A stretch of 64,000 nucleotides of DNA from Acholeplasmataceae bacterium (GTDB lineage Bacteria > Bacillota_I > Bacilli_A > Acholeplasmatales > Acholeplasmataceae): contig OY763415.1 of NCBI GenBank assembly GCA_963667565.1, forward strand, positions 128,001 through 192,000, read 5' to 3'. Both the position numbers and the translations under genes were made by a program. Shown one piece after another: positions 7,930-17,324 of this stretch (positions within the stretch are counted from its first letter, which is position 1; every line of letters begins with the position of its first letter). A model generated the notes under the pieces. It had not been told where the DNA came from, ran no database searches, and saw only the letters and a list, made by a program, of their open reading frames with translations.

Positions 7930-10929
7930 CTAAGATTCTAAAATATCGAACCATGAACCATATAATGCATCATAATTTGCATCATATACTCCGCCATTAT
8001 CAGACAATAAGTAGCTGTTAAATTGTCTTCTATTGATTGCACGAATTGCAGTTAATCTTGCGTTATCAGCACTGTCTGCAAATTGTGCATCAGCAACTAA
8101 CTTAAAGATTAATTCTCTTTGCATGTAAGTACCAGTATATTTAGTAAGAATTGGTTGTAAGTAAGCATTGATTGCTGTGTCCACAACAGTTGGAAGTGGT
8201 GCACCTTCATCAGTCTTATCTAATACTAAATAATATTCGATTTGACTTGCAGTTAAAGTATCTGAATTTTCATTATAAACATTAAGGTTTAAGTCAGTAT
8301 TAATATAATCATCATCAATATCATCTGCTTGCGCGTAGATTGCACTATCTTTTTCACCAACTGAGTCAGCTAAAATGAAATGCCATCCGAAATCAGATTG
8401 AACTAATTGTAAGTCAGATTCAGTAATACCAGCATTATACATAATTTGATCATAGAAATCTAAATATGGGAATAATGAGTCATCTGCTGGGTTTGCTTCT
8501 TGATAAGCAGTGACTGTGTCATAAATATTGATTGCTCTATCATAGAATACAGTATCTAAAACACTTGAATTAGTGATAAAGTTTGAAATATTTGTGATGT
8601 CAGATGAGATTGTTTCATAAGTCATATTGAAACCTAATTGACGGAATTGTGACCAGTATAATTCAGGTTGTAAGTCGATATATTCGCCTTCACCAACACC
8701 GAAGCTACCTCTTAAGATTCTACCTGAATCATTAAATTCATTAGCAATGTCAGATAAACCTGATTCAAAATCAGTATATTTACCTAAGCGGTCATAAATA
8801 CCTTCATGATATACACCTTCAGTATCTGTGTAACCTTGAACTAAGTTTAATAAACCTGTCATAATTTCTGCTGTATTTGAGTCATTTAATACATCAGCAG
8901 GATTGTCTGGTGTACCATCGGCATTTAAATCAAAATAAATGAGTAAATGACTTACAGAAATTGATTCTTCGTTGTTATATTGTAATTCAGCAAGTTGAGC
9001 AAATTTTTCATAGATTGTTGAAGTGTCATTGCTATAATGATTTTCATAATCTGTTAAATATTGATCTCTTAATTCTGGATATACATATAATTGATTGATT
9101 GCTTCTTCATTAGAAGTAGCACCAAATGCAACTAATAAGAATGCTTCTCTACCCATTGAAGCTGGATAGCTTGAATAACTATTTGATGAGAAAGCAGTAA
9201 TGATATCTTCAAATTGAGTTTTGTAATCAGCCATTTGATCATCTGTTACTGTATATTGATCGCTATTTGATAAGTATTTGTTTAATACTAAATCAAGTGA
9301 TAAGTTAACACCATATGATTTTTCAACTTCAGCATAGAATGCATCAACTGTAATTTCAGTACCATTAACATCAGCAACAACATCGCCAGTTTGGTTCTTA
9401 TCTGAACCAGCATAAGTATAAGTTTGTCCGTAAAGTATTCTTAAAATGTTATCATAAATGTTCACATCAGCAGCATCATATTTTTCACTGACTTTAGATG
9501 AAATGTAAGTAGAAGTTAATTTACCATCTACTAAATCTGCATAAGCTTGATCATAAGCATCTTGAGCTTTTTGAGCAACTGTAGCATCACTATCATCAGT
9601 ATTGAAGATATAAGCTGTGTCGTCTGCTGGATCTTCAATTAAAATACCATCTTCATCAGCACTGTTATCATCTAATTTAAATACTAAATATTTGAAATCA
9701 CCAAATGTTTGAACTCTTGATGAATATGCTTTTTCAGTATCTGGATCAGCAATTTGAGTTTCAGCTGTTAAAGTGTTGTATAAATGAGATCTTAAACTTG
9801 TGTTCATATCTGTTAATTCATCATAAGTGTAAGTTGTTTGGAAATCTTCACCACTTGTACTTACGATTGCACCAGTACCATCAATTTCAACAGTAGCAGC
9901 TGGGTTTAATAAATTATAAATTTCAACAAATTTCACTTTTACTTCTTCAGTTGTAAGTGGTGCATCTGAATAACCATCTCTTTTAGCAATTGTATATGCT
10001 TTGTAGTAGTCTTCATAGTCAGCAATACTTAACTTAGAACGATCAGCATAATTAACACCTAATTTACCAAGTAATCCTAGTTCATCTAAAATGTCAACGA
10101 TGTAACCATAAGTTACTGTATCTGTTAAATCAACATATCCAGGTTGACCTTCAGCAATTCTAATGTCTGGTAATTCATACCATAAACCTTTAGAATCTGA
10201 TTTTAAACCTACTTGATATAATGCAGCATTTGCTTCATTTAAGTTAATAAAACGTACGATTAATGCACTAACATCATAACGACCTTCAGTGTTGTTTTGG
10301 TAATATGTTACAACATCTGAACTTTCAACATAATAATCACTTTCTGAATCAACAACTTCAGTTTGTAATGTCTCATTTGCATAAATTCTTTCAGCTACCA
10401 TTAACTTGTATGCGTTTACTAGCACTGGAAGTGTTTCATAACCAGTGAAAGGTGTTGGTAAGCTTAATAAGTCACTTATGATTGTATCAACATTAAGTGT
10501 GTTGTCATTCAAGTATAGTGAATCTGCAAATTGTTCAATTGATCTTACATATATATCGTTATTGTTATCATATAAGTCTTGTAGAGATTCTTCGTCAGTT
10601 TCACCAAAAATGGCTGTGTTGATTTGATCATAGAAGTATTCTAAAGTATCTGCATCACCTGATGCGATTTTAGCCTCAGCTTGAGCAATATAATCAGCAA
10701 AGATATCTTTTTCAATCATTGTTGATAATACTGAAGCGGCTTGAATACGGAATTGATCGTATAATTCTTTTTCATTAACTGTGTAATCTCCGAAAGTTAA
10801 GTAGACATTGTCTTCGGATAAGCTACCATATGGAACTTTGCTACTCGAGTTACATGCAGCTAGTGTGAGAGATCCTGCAACTATAATTGCTAATAGTGCA
10901 AATCTTCTCAAATTTTTGATTCGATTCAT
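7930..10929 (-). CDS. Large acidic lipoprotein with two PrsA/parvulin-like foldase modules
   Basis: AAGGAG RBS before ATG 10929; lipobox LAAC. Two PrsA N-domain-like segments (YTVNEKELYDQF; VVADVNGTEITVDAFYAEVEKSYG). Parvulin-like SHLLI and VQSDFGWHFIL in the second half. Confidence 0.6.
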   Translation of the reverse strand: MNRIKNLRRFALLAIIVAGSLTLAACNSSSKVPYGSLSEDNVYLTFGDYTVNEKELYDQFRIQAASVLSTMIEKDIFADYIAQAEAKIASGDADTLEYFYDQINTAIFGETDEESLQDLYDNNNDIYVRSIEQFADSLYLNDNTLNVDTIISDLLSLPTPFTGYETLPVLVNAYKLMVAERIYANETLQTEVVDSESDYYVESSDVVTYYQNNTEGRYDVSALIVRFINLNEANAALYQVGLKSDSKGLWYELPDIRIAEGQPGYVDLTDTVTYGYIVDILDELGLLGKLGVNYADRSKLSIADYEDYYKAYTIAKRDGYSDAPLTTEEVKVKFVEIYNLLNPAATVEIDGTGAIVSTSGEDFQTTYTYDELTDMNTSLRSHLYNTLTAETQIADPDTEKAYSSRVQTFGDFKYLVFKLDDNSADEDGILIEDPADDTAYIFNTDDSDATVAQKAQDAYDQAYADLVDGKLTSTYISSKVSEKYDAADVNIYDNILRILYGQTYTYAGSDKNQTGDVVADVNGTEITVDAFYAEVEKSYGVNLSLDLVLNKYLSNSDQYTVTDDQMADYKTQFEDIITAFSSNSYSSYPASMGREAFLLVAFGATSNEEAINQLYVYPELRDQYLTDYENHYSNDTSTIYEKFAQLAELQYNNEESISVSHLLIYFDLNADGTPDNPADVLNDSNTAEIMTGLLNLVQGYTDTEGVYHEGIYDRLGKYTDFESGLSDIANEFNDSGRILRGSFGVGEGEYIDLQPELYWSQFRQLGFNMTYETISSDITNISNFITNSSVLDTVFYDRAINIYDTVTAYQEANPADDSLFPYLDFYDQIMYNAGITESDLQLVQSDFGWHFILADSVGEKDSAIYAQADDIDDDYINTDLNLNVYNENSDTLTASQIEYYLVLDKTDEGAPLPTVVDTAINAYLQPILTKYTGTYMQRELIFKLVADAQFADSADNARLTAIRAINRRQFNSYLLSDNGGVYDANYDALYGSWFDILES

Positions 10930-11060
10930 TGTGTTCACTCCTTATTTGTATTTCATACAAGCATTTATAATATAGCATTTTTTAAGGGGTATTGCAACAA
11001 CTTTCTACTTATTTGTTAATATCACATAGTTTTTATGTTATGATTAAAGAAGGTGATGAC

Positions 11061-11828
11061 ATGAAAGTATATATATTAGCTAGTGGATCAAAAGGCAATA
11101 TGACCTACTTAAAAGTAGGCCATATTAAATTGTTTATTGATGCTGGGATTAGTTATAAAAGAATGCTTGCAAAAATGAGTGAATATGGTGAAGAAATCAG
11201 TGATGTTAGTTACTTACTTTTAACGCATGAACACCATGATCATGTCATGGGTATGAAAACGCTATTAAAGAACACGTCATTTAAATCTGTGCTGATGACT
11301 CAAGGAACTTATGATGGATTAACAGACGAAGTCAAACAATTGATCAAACATGTTACAATCGTTAAATCAGAGGTTTTAACTGAGATTGAACATATCAAAG
11401 TAACACCTTTTGTGATTTCACATGACGCCAATGAGCCTGTTGGATATGTGATAGATGGTGATAAAAAAATAGTGATTTTATACGATACAGGTTACTTAGA
11501 TGAAGCATATTATAATCTTTTAAAAGGTGCTGATGCATATATTTTAGAGGCAAACCATCATCCGACGCTTTTGATGAATTCACCAAGACCTTTTTTACTC
11601 AAAAAACGCATATTATCTGAAAAAGGGCATTTATCAAATGATGATGCATCATATTTGATGAATAAATTCATCAATGGAAAGGTTGCTACTTGGTTTGTAT
11701 CCCATATATCAGAAGATTGCAATAATGTTTTATCAATCGAAGAATCAATTGTTAAGGCATTTGATGATCCAACGAAAGTAATCGTTTATTATGCAACTAA
11801 AGAAGGTTTACCAGGAGTAGATGTATGA
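11061..11828 (+). CDS. MBL-fold metallo-hydrolase, YycJ/WalJ-like
   Basis: Motifs LASGSKGN, IDAGIS, THEHHDH, SHDANEPVG, EANH, GHLSND and HISEDCN; precedes rlmH as in Bacillota. Confidence 0.88.
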   Translation: MKVYILASGSKGNMTYLKVGHIKLFIDAGISYKRMLAKMSEYGEEISDVSYLLLTHEHHDHVMGMKTLLKNTSFKSVLMTQGTYDGLTDEVKQLIKHVTIVKSEVLTEIEHIKVTPFVISHDANEPVGYVIDGDKKIVILYDTGYLDEAYYNLLKGADAYILEANHHPTLLMNSPRPFLLKKRILSEKGHLSNDDASYLMNKFINGKVATWFVSHISEDCNNVLSIEESIVKAFDDPTKVIVYYATKEGLPGVDV

Positions 11829-12268
11829 TTAAATTAATTTCAGTGGGTAAACTTAATCAAAAATATTTAAATGAAGGTATTGAATACTATAAAAAACAAG
11901 TACCAATCAAGTTTGAGATGCTGGAAGTAAAAGATGGAAAAGATGAAAAAGCACTTCAAGCTGAAGGTGAAGCCATACTAAAATTACTTAATCAAAGTGA
12001 TTATGTGATTGCACTTGCGATTAAAGGTGAGATGTTTACTTCAGAAGGATTTGCAGAAAAGATCGAAGAGTTACTTTCATATCATCAAGGCGATATCGTC
12101 TTTATCATTGGAGGTTCTCATGGCTTATCAGATGCAGTTTATGAGAGAACGCAACTTAAAATCTCGTTTTCAAAAATGACATTTCCTCATCAATTAATGC
12201 GTCTTATTTTTACCGAACAAATCTATCGTGCTTTTATGATTATGAAGCACCATCCATATCATAAATAG
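11825..12268 (+). CDS. rlmH: 23S rRNA pseudouridine-1915 N3-methyltransferase
   Basis: FIIGGSHGL and SFSKMTFPHQLMRLIFTEQIYRAF...HPYHK. Confidence 0.95.
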   Translation: MIKLISVGKLNQKYLNEGIEYYKKQVPIKFEMLEVKDGKDEKALQAEGEAILKLLNQSDYVIALAIKGEMFTSEGFAEKIEELLSYHQGDIVFIIGGSHGLSDAVYERTQLKISFSKMTFPHQLMRLIFTEQIYRAFMIMKHHPYHK

Positions 12269-12277
12269 GAGTGACTT

Positions 12278-12901
12278 ATGAAATACATTTTTTGGGATTT
12301 TAATGGCACCATTTTAGATGATGCATATTTATGTTATGAGATTCTAAATCAGATGCTAAAAGAGGTTGATCGACCAGGTGTTACATTTGATGAATATCTC
12401 ATGATTTTTGATTTTCCTGTAAGAGATTATTACGCTAAGGTTTACGACTTAGAAAAAACGAGTTTCGATGTCTTGGCAAAGCGATTTATCGACTTGTATC
12501 AACCGCGCAGTTTAAATGCTCCCCTACATAAAAATATAGTGGAAATAGTGACTTATTTTAAAGAAAAAGGATATAAAAATATTGTCCTTTCGGCATCTGA
12601 AATTAACAACCTTAAAGCGCAATTAAAACACTTTAAAATTGATGGTTTATTTGATGATGTTTTAGGAACTTCTGATGTGTATGCAAATGGTAAAATTGAT
12701 GTTGCAAAAGCATATATCAATGAGCATCATATTCATACTGAAAACAGCGTCATGATTGGTGATACACTTCACGATGCAGAGATTGCAGATATTTTAGGTG
12801 TAGCGCCTATATTATTCACAAAAGGACATCAACATCCATCAAGACTTAAAAAGTATAATTCAATTGATGATTTGAATTTGCTTAAGGATATGCTCAAATA
12901 A
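12278..12901 (+). CDS. HAD-superfamily hydrolase (phosphoglycolate phosphatase-like)
   Basis: Motif I WDFNGTILD and motif IV MIGDTLHD. Confidence 0.85.
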   Translation: MKYIFWDFNGTILDDAYLCYEILNQMLKEVDRPGVTFDEYLMIFDFPVRDYYAKVYDLEKTSFDVLAKRFIDLYQPRSLNAPLHKNIVEIVTYFKEKGYKNIVLSASEINNLKAQLKHFKIDGLFDDVLGTSDVYANGKIDVAKAYINEHHIHTENSVMIGDTLHDAEIADILGVAPILFTKGHQHPSRLKKYNSIDDLNLLKDMLK

Positions 12902-12956
12902 GAGAAATATATGATAAGATATGTATACATAAATATTGAGATATGGAGAGAGAAAA

Positions 12957-13817
12957 ATGAGTAAAATCGCAATATTAACATGTAGTAATGCTGGGCTTGA
13001 TTATTTGGATTATCCAAAAGATATCGAGATTTTAAGATCAGTTATCCATTTTGGCAATCAACATAGCTATAACGATTTTGTTGATATGGATGCTAAAACG
13101 TTTTATGAACGTATTAATCATAATCCAGACGATATTCCTAAGACATCTTATGTTTCAATAGGTCATATGATTGAAGTATTTGAGTCACTTAAAGAAAAAG
13201 GTTATGAAGAAGCGTTAGTAATCACGATTTCTTCCAAATTATCAGGATTATATGAAGCGGTACAACGCGCTGGTACAGAAGTTGATTTAAAGGTTACTGC
13301 ATTTGATTCAAGAACATTGGCTTATGCAGAAGCATTTATGGTATTAGAAGCTCATCGTTTGGCAGCACAAGATAAAAGTGTTGAAGAAATTATTTCATAT
13401 TTAGAAAAAATAAGAGAAAATCATCAAATTTTCTTTGCTGTTGACACGCTTTTATATTTAATGAAAAATGGGCGTTTATCTAAACTTCAAGGGACGCTTG
13501 GAACGATGTTACAACTTAAACCATTACTTACCATAGATAAAGAAGGTAAAGTTGAAACATTAGAGAAAATAAGAACAACACATAAAGCACAAAAACGTGT
13601 CTTAGAAAAATATATTGAAGTTACAAAAGATAAAAACGTCATTACATTTATTTCTCATGCTCATGCAGATGAATATGTTAAATGGTTTGTTGAAGAAATA
13701 GCTAAAGTGTTTCCAGAAAGAGAAGTCATTGTTGCATATTTAACACCTGTAGTTGGTGCACATACTGGACCTAAAGCATTAGGTTTAGGTTATGTTGATT
13801 TAGATCAATTAAAATAA
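12957..13817 (+). CDS. DegV/FakB fatty-acid-binding protein (second paralog)
   Basis: Motifs PKTSYVS, ISSKLSG, YLMKNGRL, LQLKPLL and TPVVGAHTGP; RBS GGAGAG before ATG 12957. Confidence 0.92.
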   Translation: MSKIAILTCSNAGLDYLDYPKDIEILRSVIHFGNQHSYNDFVDMDAKTFYERINHNPDDIPKTSYVSIGHMIEVFESLKEKGYEEALVITISSKLSGLYEAVQRAGTEVDLKVTAFDSRTLAYAEAFMVLEAHRLAAQDKSVEEIISYLEKIRENHQIFFAVDTLLYLMKNGRLSKLQGTLGTMLQLKPLLTIDKEGKVETLEKIRTTHKAQKRVLEKYIEVTKDKNVITFISHAHADEYVKWFVEEIAKVFPEREVIVAYLTPVVGAHTGPKALGLGYVDLDQLK

Positions 13818-13850
13818 AAAAAAGCCAATTTAGCGATTGGCTTTTATTTT
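13818..13850. terminator. Bidirectional intrinsic terminator
   Basis: AAAAGCCAAT-TTAGCG-ATTGGCTTTT between convergent genes. Confidence 0.75.
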
Positions 13851-14822
13851 TTATTCTATATGCTTTTTGTGTTTTTTAGGTTTACCATCATCTAAAATGC
13901 CTGTCATCGGAATGAGTAAAAATGCTAACCATGATATATAAAACATATCAAAGAAATATCCAACTGAGAAAAAGATGATTGTTGAGATAAAAGGCATGAC
14001 TGCAACCAATCTAAATTCACCAGAGATAATAATTGCTGCTATTGGGAATAATAGAAGTATTTGCCAAGCATAAACCCATGAATTAGGAACTAAAAGGCCA
14101 ACAGTGATAAAGATTGCTAATAAGATAACGAGTGTTGAAAAAATCATTACACCTTTTCTTGAACGATCAAAATCAACCGTGATTCTTATGCGTTCGAAAT
14201 AAATGCCTAATGCCACTGGGAGTAAGAATCCTAATAGACCTATAAGAATATCACCTTCGGTATATACCATATATACATAAAATATAATCGCAATCACAAA
14301 TGATGAAAACATAAGTGTGTTTTTCTTGCTTGGATGAAGGATTAATGCGACCATCGGAATACTTAAGAAGGCTAACCAAGCATATTCATAGTATCCAATA
14401 TAGGTACCTACTAAAATCACAGTGATTAAGGATATAAAAGGCATAAGACCGATAATTCTATCTCTACCTCCACCAGATAAGACACCAAAGATTGGAATGA
14501 TTAAGAAAATAAGCCAAATAGGATGCCAAACTTGAGTTGTAAATCCAATGGTCATAAATGTAATTAATGCAATAAATGGAGATAATGCAACTAGTTTGTG
14601 ATCTTTATGATTTTTTACAATAAAAGATAAAGTATCTTTTAAATCTTCATAAACTCTTCTAGGCTCTCCAAGTAATTCTCTAATTTCTGTATCGGACATA
14701 GATTTATCGAGTCCATCATCATACATTTGAGTATAGTCATTCATAATGTCGTCGATATCAGATTCACTAACATTATGATTTGTTAAAATTTGTTTTAATT
14801 CATCTAAATAATCATTTTTCAT
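13851..14822 (-). CDS. DUF1700/HAAS-domain multi-pass membrane protein
   Basis: N-terminal YLDELKQIL...IDDIMNDY...IRELLGEP HAAS-like domain followed by repeated hydrophobic W..FL.IP segments; directly downstream of padR. Confidence 0.7.
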   Translation of the reverse strand: MKNDYLDELKQILTNHNVSESDIDDIMNDYTQMYDDGLDKSMSDTEIRELLGEPRRVYEDLKDTLSFIVKNHKDHKLVALSPFIALITFMTIGFTTQVWHPIWLIFLIIPIFGVLSGGGRDRIIGLMPFISLITVILVGTYIGYYEYAWLAFLSIPMVALILHPSKKNTLMFSSFVIAIIFYVYMVYTEGDILIGLLGFLLPVALGIYFERIRITVDFDRSRKGVMIFSTLVILLAIFITVGLLVPNSWVYAWQILLLFPIAAIIISGEFRLVAVMPFISTIIFFSVGYFFDMFYISWLAFLLIPMTGILDDGKPKKHKKHIE

Positions 14823-14823
14823 T

Positions 14824-15135
14824 TTATTTTCCTCCTAAAATTTGGTTAACACCTTGTAAAAAATCTCGCCATTCAGTCATATATGCTTCATATATATCTT
14901 TTCCAGCTTTAGTGATCTTATAATATTTTCTAGGTGCGCCAAGTGTCGTGGGTTCATAATAAGTACTAAAGTAATCTTGTGCAGTTAAACGTCTAAGAAT
15001 TGGATATACTGTATTTTCGTTGACATCAATCGTTTTTGAAAGAATTTCAATCACTTCAAATCCATACATGTCTTTACTTTCAATGAGACTTAAAACGCAT
15101 AATTCCACAATACCTTTTTTGAATTGTGTATTCAT
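14824..15135 (-). CDS. PadR family transcriptional regulator
   Basis: MNTQFKKGIVELCVL, YGFE, ENTVYPILRRL and PRKYYKIT..G. Confidence 0.92.
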   Translation of the reverse strand: MNTQFKKGIVELCVLSLIESKDMYGFEVIEILSKTIDVNENTVYPILRRLTAQDYFSTYYEPTTLGAPRKYYKITKAGKDIYEAYMTEWRDFLQGVNQILGGK

Positions 15136-15147
15136 AGAAACCTCCCT

Positions 15148-15200
15148 TACTGTGTATCACACACTACTAATATAACATGGTACTGTGCAAAACACAATAC
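15148..15200. promoter_or_regulatory. Two imperfect palindromic operators upstream of padR
   Basis: TACTGTG-tatca-CACACTA (15148-15166) and GTACTGTG-caaaa-CACAATAC (15180-15200), 33 bp apart. Confidence 0.65.
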
Positions 15201-15250
15201 CTAAAATTAAAAAAAATATGAAAAAAAAGTATCATATCATGACACACATC

Positions 15251-15279
15251 TTGTCTTTTTTAAAACTCTATGATACTAT
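15251..15279 (+). promoter_or_regulatory. Putative sigma-A promoter of the aro/tyr leader
   Basis: TTGTCT (15251) - 17 bp - TACTAT (15274), with a TG extended -10 at 15271. Confidence 0.55.
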
Positions 15280-15307
15280 ACTTACAAACAAGAAAGGTAA
15301 TATTTCT

Positions 15308-15361
15308 ATGTTAAATATATTGAAATCTGTTTTTTATTACGCATATTACTACAAAAAATAA
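15308..15361 (+). CDS. Tyr/Phe-rich leader peptide MLNILKSVFYYAYYYKK
   Basis: Strong RBS AGAAAGGT (15291-15298), ATG 15308, TAA 15359-15361. Codons TTT TAT TAC GCA TAT TAC TAC lie directly upstream of a terminator and the aro/tyrA operon. Confidence 0.85.
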   Translation: MLNILKSVFYYAYYYKK

Positions 15362-15427
15362 AGGATTGCAGGGCATTCCTTTTTGAGTGATTTAAGTAAA
15401 AGGAAACAGCCAATCAATGATACATTC

Positions 15428-15458
15428 ATCCTTGAGGTTGTTCCTCAGGGATTTTTTT
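15428..15458 (+). terminator. Attenuator terminator in the aro operon leader
   Basis: ATCCTTGAGG-TTGTT-CCTCAGGGAT plus T-run, ending just before the aroF RBS (AAAGGAG). Its 5' arm ATCCTT can alternatively pair with AAGGAT at 15361-15366. Confidence 0.85.
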
Positions 15459-15477
15459 ATTTCAAAGGAGAAGAACG

Positions 15478-16497
15478 ATGATTGTAAGAATGAAAGAAAA
15501 CTCAACTAAAACTCAATATGAAAAAATTGTTGATTTTCTAAAAGAAAAGAATTTAGAAGTTAAAGATGTAAGTAGCCAAACAGTTAAAATTTTTGGTATT
15601 ATTGGTGACACAACAGGTTTTGAACCGAATGACTTATATGCATTTGATGGAGTTGCTGATGTCACAAGAGTATCTACACCTTTTAAGAAAGCAAGTAGAA
15701 GTTTTCATCCAGAAAACACAGTGATTAAATTTAATAACGGTGTTGAAATTGGTGGAAATCAATTTGTGATGATGGCTGGTCCATGTTCAGTTGAATCAGA
15801 AGATCAATTAAGAACAATCGCTAAAGAATTAAAAAAATCCGGTGTAAAATTTTTACGCGGTGGTGCTTATAAACCTAGAACTTCTCCTTATTCATTTCAA
15901 GGTTTAGGACTTGAAGGATTAAAAATCTTAAGAAAAGTCGCAGATGAGTTTGATATGCTTGTTGTTACTGAACTGATGAGTCCAGATGTTTTAGATGAAT
16001 TTGAAAAGTATGTTGATATTATTCAAATTGGTGCTAGAAACATGCAAAACTTTTCGTTATTAAAAGAATTAGGAAGATCAACAAAACCTATTTTATTAAA
16101 AAGAGGTATTGCAGCAACCATTCAAGAGTGGCTAATGTCAGCTGAATACGTCATGGCTAATGGTAATGAAGATATTATCATGTGTGAAAGAGGTATTCGT
16201 ACGTATGAAACTTATACTAGAAACACATTAGATATCAGTGCTGTTTTAGCTATTAAAGAATTATCTCATTTACCAGTGATCATTGATCCAAGTCATGCCG
16301 CAGGACGTTGGAACATGATTGAAAGTTTAAGTTTAGCAAGTTTAGCAGTGGGTGCGGATGGTCTTATTGTTGAAGTCCATCACGATCCTGAACACGCGAT
16401 GAGCGATGGTGCGCAATCATTAAAACCACATAAATATGATCAAATGGTTAAGAAATTAGAAAAGATTGCACCAACAATTGATAAAAAAATAGCATGA
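15478..16497 (+). CDS. aroF: DAHP synthase, type I-beta with N-terminal regulatory (ACT-like) domain
   Basis: Motifs MAGPCSVES, RGGAYKPRTSPYSFQGLG, QIGARNMQNF, LKRG, CERGIRT, DPSHA and SDGAQSL. Confidence 0.93.
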   Translation: MIVRMKENSTKTQYEKIVDFLKEKNLEVKDVSSQTVKIFGIIGDTTGFEPNDLYAFDGVADVTRVSTPFKKASRSFHPENTVIKFNNGVEIGGNQFVMMAGPCSVESEDQLRTIAKELKKSGVKFLRGGAYKPRTSPYSFQGLGLEGLKILRKVADEFDMLVVTELMSPDVLDEFEKYVDIIQIGARNMQNFSLLKELGRSTKPILLKRGIAATIQEWLMSAEYVMANGNEDIIMCERGIRTYETYTRNTLDISAVLAIKELSHLPVIIDPSHAAGRWNMIESLSLASLAVGADGLIVEVHHDPEHAMSDGAQSLKPHKYDQMVKKLEKIAPTIDKKIA

Positions 16498-17324
16498 AAA
16501 TCTTTATTGTAGGACTTGGATTAATTGGCGCATCCTATGCGGAAGGATTAAAACTTAAGGGACATCAAATATATGCTTATAATAGAAGTACAGATAAAGT
16601 TTTAAAAGCCATTGAAGAGGGTATAGTTGAATGTGATAACCATATAGATAAATTAAGTGAGTGTGACTTAATTGTTCTTTCCTTATATCCAAAGCATAAT
16701 ATTGAATTTATCTTAAATCACCAAAATTTATTTAGAGAAGGTCAAATTGTCACAGATGTATCTGGGACCAAAGTATGGATGATGGATGAGATTGAAAAAA
16801 TACTTCCAAAAGGTCTTTCTTACACATCACATCACCCAATGGCTGGTAAAGAAATAAGTGGATATGATGCTAAGGACTATCGCATATTTAAAGGCGCTAA
16901 TTTTGTTTTAGTACCTTCTAAATTATCGAAACAAAATGATGAAATTGTTTTAAAACAAATTGCAGAAGCATTGGCTTTTGGTCGCATGTTAAAAGTAGAT
17001 GCAAAGACACATGATCAATTGATTGCATTTACTTCACAGCTTACGCATGTACTCGCTGTTGCACTGGTCAATACAGATCATTTTAATGAGACAAAAGATG
17101 CGACTGGAGATTCATATAGAGATTTAACAAGGATTGCTAAGATTAACGAAACAATGTGGACAGAATTATTCTTAGAAAATAAACCTGCTTTACTTGGTGT
17201 AATTAAAGATTTTCAAGATCAACTTAAATATATGGAAGATATGATTAAGCAGGATCAAAAAGAAGATTTAATGACATATATGAAAAAAGCAAAAGAGAAG
17301 AGGTTAACTTTTGACAAAGATTAG
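16494..17324 (+). CDS. tyrA: Prephenate dehydrogenase
   Basis: VGLGLIGAS Rossmann motif, TDVSGTK, HPMAGKE, HDQLIAFTSQLTH and SYRDLTRIA. Confidence 0.92.
   Translation: MKIFIVGLGLIGASYAEGLKLKGHQIYAYNRSTDKVLKAIEEGIVECDNHIDKLSECDLIVLSLYPKHNIEFILNHQNLFREGQIVTDVSGTKVWMMDEIEKILPKGLSYTSHHPMAGKEISGYDAKDYRIFKGANFVLVPSKLSKQNDEIVLKQIAEALAFGRMLKVDAKTHDQLIAFTSQLTHVLAVALVNTDHFNETKDATGDSYRDLTRIAKINETMWTELFLENKPALLGVIKDFQDQLKYMEDMIKQDQKEDLMTYMKKAKEKRLTFDKD

Noticed and set aside
3074..13817. Two degV paralogs about 9 kb apart as a special duplication
   Set aside because: Multiple diverged DegV/FakB paralogs are normal in Bacillota and Mollicutes.
15286..15460. T-box riboswitch upstream of aroF
   Set aside because: No T-box core (TGGNACC) or stem I motifs are visible, and the leader is better explained by the Tyr-rich uORF.
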